A DNA stretch of 24,000 bases from Sporomusa ovata DSM 2662 (GTDB lineage: Bacteria > Bacillota > Negativicutes > Sporomusales > Sporomusaceae): positions 3,572,404 through 3,596,403 of the forward strand of contig NZ_CP146301.1 in NCBI RefSeq assembly GCF_000445445.2, in the 5' to 3' direction. Position numbers and translations under genes: made by a program. Shown piece by piece: positions 22,989-24,000 of the stretch. Position 1 is the first letter of the stretch, and every line of letters starts with the position of its first letter. The notes under the pieces were generated by a model that saw nothing but the letters and a program-made list of their open reading frames with translations, was not told the DNA's origin and did no database searches.

Positions 22989-24000
22989 CTAGTCTTTTCG
23001 GTAATATTCGCATTCATATCCATCGGCCCTAAGGGGCAATCCCTCCGCCCAAGGCGGTACTATCGCCATTAGGTCACAAACTTCTTTTATTGACCCCTGA
23101 CCGTTAGGAACTTCCACAACAACTTCATCATGTACATGCATGACAATGTCATATCCGGCCTTGGCCACAAGGAGCATGGCCTCCGCTAGTAAATCACGGG
23201 CAGCTCCCTGGACGATATTCTCTACTAGCTTGGGGCCATAGGTATCCATCCGGCACCAGCGTTTTCCTACCCCAATACCTTCATAGGTAATGCCATCCCG
23301 GCCAAATTTATTTAGTTCAATACGGGGTTTGATATAGGACAACTTTCTGCCTGAAGGTAAGGTGATAAAGAGAATACCGCTCATGCACTGAAGTTGTAGC
23401 CTGCCAACAGTTTGAAGCGTTTTATCCTTAACCGCAACAAGCGCTGCCTTGTCTATATCCCACCATAGCTTTGTGATGTTGGGGTTGGCTGCTCGCCATG
23501 CAGTAACCAACGGTTGAAGTTCCTCTTCCAATAAGCCCATGTCCAAGGCTCCCATAGCAGTAAGCGCTCCAACTCCACCGCCGTATCCCAAGGCGAGCTC
23601 TGCTATCTTACCTTTCTGTCTAAGCAGCGAGCCTTTGGTAATATCCTCAAGAGGTACTTTAAACATCTGGCTGGCAGAAGCTTCATATATTTTGCCATGT
23701 GTTTTAAAAACATCCATACGCCACTTCTCGCCAGCTAACCAAGCGATGACACGAGCTTCAATCGCTGAAAAATCAGCTACAATGAATCGATGGTTTTCTT
23801 TCGGAATGAAGGCTGTCCGAATTAACTCCGAAAGCAAGTGTGGTACGCTTTCATAAAACAGTTTCAGTTCACCAAAGCGACCTTGCTTTAATAAATCCCG
23901 TGCAAGTGTTAAGTCCTTCTCATGATTCTGAGGTAAATTCTGAACCTGAACCAACCTCCCTGAGTTCCCTGTAATCCATACTTTACCGTTACGACGGACA
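22989..24000 (-). CDS. Family-A DNA polymerase (Pol I-like), C-terminal part; the ORF is open to the window end
   Basis: TGNSGRLVQVQNLPQN (the TGR...NLQN motif), VADFSAIEARV (motif A), RQKGKIAELALGYGGG (motif B) and VHDEVVVE (motif C). There is no stop codon between 23954 and 24000 in this frame. Confidence 0.9.
   Translation of the reverse strand, partial: VRRNGKVWITGNSGRLVQVQNLPQNHEKDLTLARDLLKQGRFGELKLFYESVPHLLSELIRTAFIPKENHRFIVADFSAIEARVIAWLAGEKWRMDVFKTHGKIYEASASQMFKVPLEDITKGSLLRQKGKIAELALGYGGGVGALTAMGALDMGLLEEELQPLVTAWRAANPNITKLWWDIDKAALVAVKDKTLQTVGRLQLQCMSGILFITLPSGRKLSYIKPRIELNKFGRDGITYEGIGVGKRWCRMDTYGPKLVENIVQGAARDLLAEAMLLVAKAGYDIVMHVHDEVVVEVPNGQGSIKEVCDLMAIVPPWAEGLPLRADGYECEYYRKD

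Overview
Almost the whole window is one temperate, HK97-like siphovirus prophage, apparently in a low/medium-GC Bacillota host. Every phage gene is on the minus strand.

Gene order from right to left:
- Replication module: family-A DNA polymerase (runs off the window end), VirE-type primase/helicase, Cys-rich unknown, VRR-NUC nuclease, SNF2 helicase.
- A DUF1492/RinA-like late regulator, then an HNH endonuclease.
- An AT-rich cargo island: alpha/beta hydrolase, a YjdF homologue with a structured leader, and a VOC/glyoxalase-fold gene on the plus strand.
- HTH plus Zn-ribbon regulator, ParB-DNA methyltransferase, amidoligase remnant, AIG2/GGCT cyclotransferase, Zn-ribbon protein.
- terS (P27 type) and terL, then an inserted Phd/YefM-ParE/RelE toxin-antitoxin cassette.
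- Portal, ClpP-like prohead protease, HK97 capsid, head-tail joining genes, major tail protein, and the tail assembly chaperone G/GT.

The prophage looks defective. By reading both frames I find these lesions:
- Frameshifts in the chaperone G, the ParB-methylase and the SNF2 helicase.
- An in-frame TAG in the HNH gene.
- A stub or truncation of the amidoligase.
- A late-regulator gene with a TAA nonsense codon, a frameshift and an IS3-family insertion (3-bp duplication CAT). That IS3 is itself interrupted in its right inverted repeat by an IS256-family element (8-bp duplication CATTTAAG).

The terminase, portal, protease, capsid, TA and cargo genes all look intact.

Most worth a second look:
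- The uncharacterised amidoligase / GGCT / Zn-ribbon trio just upstream of terS.
- The self-contained TA cassette, with its own terminator, between terL and portal.
- A GC-rich structured leader (alternative G/C-tract pairings, a 24-codon uORF spanning an intrinsic terminator) next to a 24-bp direct repeat that brackets the VOC gene.
- A probable yjdF-type riboswitch inside a prophage.

No tRNA, rRNA or CRISPR array was seen. All family assignments come from motif recognition by eye; no searches were run.
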